NCBI RefSeq assembly: GCF_035084215.1
Contig: NC_090332.1
Span: 46,438,001 to 46,502,000 of the forward strand
Length of the DNA: 64,000 nt
Source: Heptranchias perlo
Lineage: Eukaryota
Reading direction: 5' to 3'
Part shown: positions 60,671 to 64,000 of the stretch, in pieces
Layout of the letters: every line of letters begins with the position of its first letter
Position numbering within the stretch: the first letter of the stretch is position 1
Program-made: the position numbers and the translations under genes
Notes under the pieces: model-generated
Databases searched by the model: none
The model's input: only the letters and a program-made list of their open reading frames with translations
Told to the model about the DNA's origin: nothing

Positions 60671-62075
60671 AATCTACCATTCGGTACTTTATCAAACACC
60701 TTTTGAAAGTCCATATACGCCACATTAACTACATTGCCCTCATCTACCCTCTCTTACCTCATCAAAAAACTCTATCAGGTTAGTTCAACATGATTTGCCT
60801 TTAATAAATCCGTGCTGGCTTTCCCTAATCAATCCACACTCATCCACCTGACTGTTAATTCTGTCCCGGATTATCGTTTCTAAAAGTTTCCCCATCACCG
60901 AGGTTAAACTGACTGGCCTATAGTTGCTGGGTTTATCCTTGCACCCTTTTTTGAACAAGGGTGTAACATTTGCAATTCTCCAATCCTCTAGCACCACCCC
61001 TGTACCTAAGGATGTTTGGAAGATTATGGCCAGTACCTCCGCAAATTCCATCCTTACTTCCCTCAGCAATCTAGGATACATCCCATCCGGACTGGGTGAC
61101 TTATCCACTTAAAGTACAGCTAGCCTTTCTAGTATCTCGTCTTTATCAATTTTTAGCCCATCCAGTATCTCAACTATATCTTCCTTTATTAAGACTCTGG
61201 CAGCACCTTCTTCCTTGGTAAAGACAGATGCAAAGTATTCATTTCGTACCTTGGCCATCCCCTCTGCCTCCAAGAGTAGATCTCCTTTATGGTCCCTAAT
61301 TGGCCCCACCCCTCCTCCTACTACCCATTTATGATTTATATGCCTGTAGAAGACTTTTGGATTCCTTTTTATGTTGGCTGTCAGTCTATTCTCATACTCT
61401 CTCTTTGACCCTCTTACTTCCTTTTTCATTTCCCCTCTGAACATTTTGTATTCTGCCTGGTTCTCACTTGTGTTATCAAACTGACATCTGTCATACACCC
61501 CTGTTTTTCCACTTCATCTTCTTCTCTATCTCTTTTGTCATCTGGCTTTAGTTGCCCTACATTTCTGCCTCGTGGAAATGTACCTAGACTGTACCTGAAC
61601 CATCTCCTCTTTAAAGACCGCCCTCTGTTCAATTACAGTTTTACCTGCCAATCTTTGATTCCAATTTACTCGGGCCAGACATGTTCTCATCCCACTGAAA
61701 TTGGCCCTCCTCCAATTGAGTACTTTTACTTTAGAGTGGTCTGTGTCCTTTTCCATAGCTATTCTAAACCTTATGATACTATGATCGCTGTTCCCTAAAT
61801 GTTCCCCTACTGACACTTGCTCCACTTGGCCCACCACATTCTCTAGAATCAAGTCCAGCAATGCCTCCTTCCTCATTGGGCCAGAAATGTACTGGTCAAG
61901 AAAGTTATCCTGAACACATTTTAAAAATTCCTCCCCCTCTTTGCCCCTTATATTATTATTATCTCAGTCTATATTAGGATAGTTGAAGTCCCCCGTTATC
62001 ACGAAATAGCTTTTGCACCTCTCTGTAATTTTCCTGCAAATTTGTTCCTCTATATCCTTCCCAATGGACTATTTA
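60671..62075 (-). mobile_element. CR1 ORF2 fragment (end of endonuclease to RT)
   Basis: EALLDLIL..EHLGNSDHSII, DKSPSPDGMYPRLL..NYRPVSLTS. Confidence 0.9.
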
Positions 62076-62146
62076 AAGGGCCAATGCAAAAATGGAATAT
62101 GGAGGAGCTAGGAGGTTTTGGAAGGAGACAGTGAGAGTTAGTGAAG

Positions 62147-63500
62147 ATGGATTCAGGACGAGCAATGCCAGCACCCAGATTTAAAGATGCTTCCCTTGAC
62201 TTACAGCTGGGTACAGTCAGGAGCAGGAGGGAGATAATTTTCCCCAGCAATGGGAGGAAGAAACCTGCTGGTCTCACCAAGAAGGCATGATTAGAGGTGG
62301 CTGAGGATGTGAGCAGCAGGAGCATTGTATCCCTTTCTTGGATTCAGTGCAGGAAGCGGTTGAATGATTTAACCAGGTCAGGAAAAGTGACTACAGTTGC
62401 TGATTCACCTACATCCTGTGGTGTACAACACCTCCCCTCTCACTCTATCTTGCCAAGCATTCTCCATTGCATCATTCCTCTCACCCACTTAAGTTTCAAT
62501 AGCACCCATCCTTCACTTTCTATGCACTTCCTCACCTCCCCATTTATCCATTCACGTCAGGCACTCATCCCAATCCTTATGCAATGTGATGCATCTGTCT
62601 GATAGTCACCCTTATCAAGTACACTGCATCCATCAGGTGAATACATGACCTCCAGTCACTCACAGGTCTGTTCTTTTGCCCCTTGTAGGAGAAGAGAGTG
62701 CAAAAAGCAAGGGAGAGGGAGAGGACTGTAGATGGCCTGCCACAAATTACGCAGTTCACAGATGCAGAGAAGGATGGTATGGAGATAAGTGGCATATCTG
62801 CGCCCCTGTCAATCAGAGATGGAGAGACAGAGAATTCGCAGATGCCTGGTGACAGAATTAATAGTATCTCTGACACACATGCTGATTTTATTTCATTAAT
62901 GACGGAACTATGAGAAGCCTGAGTATGGTGATTGTCAAGATTGTTGGCAAAGGTCAGGATTAATTCATATCCGTTTCCTTTGTCTTCCAAGGCCTTCACC
63001 CGTAGAGCAATAGTCTGTGGATATGCCTGATGGTGATTCCTCAGAGGACCTCATTCCTTCTGAGGATGCACCATCACAGGATGTACAGCCATGCACCAGC
63101 ACAAATACTTGCACATTGGAGGGTCCGGTTAGACAGTTAGTTGCGTTTTCATCTGGTGATTCACAATTCACAAGTGAGCATGAGCAGACACAGGGTCAGC
63201 TGTGAAGAGTCAGCATCAGGGACGCACTCCTCTCCAAGCTCTGCTCAGCTGGACACAGATGCTGAACCCTGAGGGTCATCGTTAATAAGGAGTATGATAG
63301 ACTTTGCGAGGTAGTGGCTGATGTGCCATGCACACTCTTCACGATAGCGGAGCAAATGGAGGAGTCCAGCTCCAACGTCGGTGAATTGGTGTCACGTGTA
63401 ATTGCGAGAATGTCTGCCATGGAGAGAGTGGCCGCCTCCGTGGAGCTGCAAGCACGGCTCTCAAATGAGTCTATGCAGGCCTCAACAGTCAGAGCAGGGA
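62147..63500 (+). pseudogene. PIF/Harbinger Myb/SANT-like DNA-binding protein gene, decayed, with introns
   Basis: Exon 62147-62386 MDSGRAMPAPRFKDASL..REIIFPSNGRKK..KKA*LEVAEDVS..WIQCRKRLNDL (TGA at 62288 where Trp is expected); exon 62689-62848 EKRVQKARERERT; GT-AG boundaries. Confidence 0.75.
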
Positions 63501-63897
63501 TCTGAGCAGCCTGCTTCTATCTCTGCTGGAGCCACAGGAGTTGCACCACGTAGAAGCGATAAGTATTGTAAGGGAGAACTATTGTAATTCATCAAGGGTA
63601 TGCGCAAGGCTGTTTGACAAAATGTTACATTAAGTTTCCTCTTTTTTTGTAGCGGCACATAAAATGTAATGATTTGCACCACTTCCCTGTCTTACCCATT
63701 ATTGCGTCCTGAGGGCCAACTCGCCCTTTCAGTTGCTGCATGATGAATGTGAATAGATGATGGGACCCGTTGGGGGATGTGCAATGGGTGTATACGTGGA
63801 TGAAGGACTCTTTTGTGCAAAGGGTGGGAGGGGGGAGTGGTAGCGGTGGTGGAGCAGGCAAGAGGATTTCATTTTTTATTTTGTCCAGTGTGAGTCA

Positions 63898-64000
63898 CTA
63901 GCTGAAACTTCTGGCTATTAGGACATCCCTGGCAGCAATGTACATGGCTGGTCTGGCGATGGGTGCCCCATCTTCCATATTGCTCGTCGTCCTCGTCCTT
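63898..64000 (-). pseudogene. Probable C-terminus of a Harbinger (HARBI1-like) transposase, convergent with the Myb gene
   Basis: Acidic stretch then ..YIAARDVLIARSFS*; only the tail is in the window. Confidence 0.45.

Noticed and set aside
60495-62075. Plus/minus CR1 junction as a twin-priming 5' inversion
   Set aside because: The pieces cover overlapping ORF2 regions with clearly different sequence, so they are separate insertions
1-64000. CRISPR array or prokaryotic defence system
   Set aside because: Vertebrate intron-exon DNA; no regularly spaced repeat-spacer array seen

Overview
Vertebrate genomic DNA, most likely a shark or other cartilaginous fish (inferred from its SINE/LINE content). 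The minus strand carries the 5' three-quarters of XPO1 (exportin-1/CRM1): a CpG-rich promoter and probable non-coding exon 1 near 48.7-49.5 kb, then coding exons 2-20 (46429 down to 7715; 2508 nt = codons 1-836). All have GT-AG boundaries and lengths matching the human gene as I recall it; the remaining exons lie left of the window. Introns and upstream DNA are dense with CR1 LINEs, a second CR1-group LINE family, L2, DeuSINE/SacSINE1-like SINEs, a Tigger-like MITE and a decayed PIF/Harbinger transposon. The best finding is a young Penelope-like element in intron 10 (26499-29832): an uninterrupted 868-aa RT+GIY-YIG ORF, an 11-bp target duplication and 374-bp inverted terminal repeats. Each repeat holds a minimal hammerhead ribozyme; the intact-core copy is on the XPO1 pre-mRNA strand, the other has a core mutation. 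Other highlights: inverted CR1 copies hugging exons 3-4 (circRNA-type layout), a ~300-bp direct duplication around a CR1, a CR1 subfamily with a duplicated 3' end, and candidate poison exons. Repeat boundaries are approximate unless a junction is quoted; no database searches were run.
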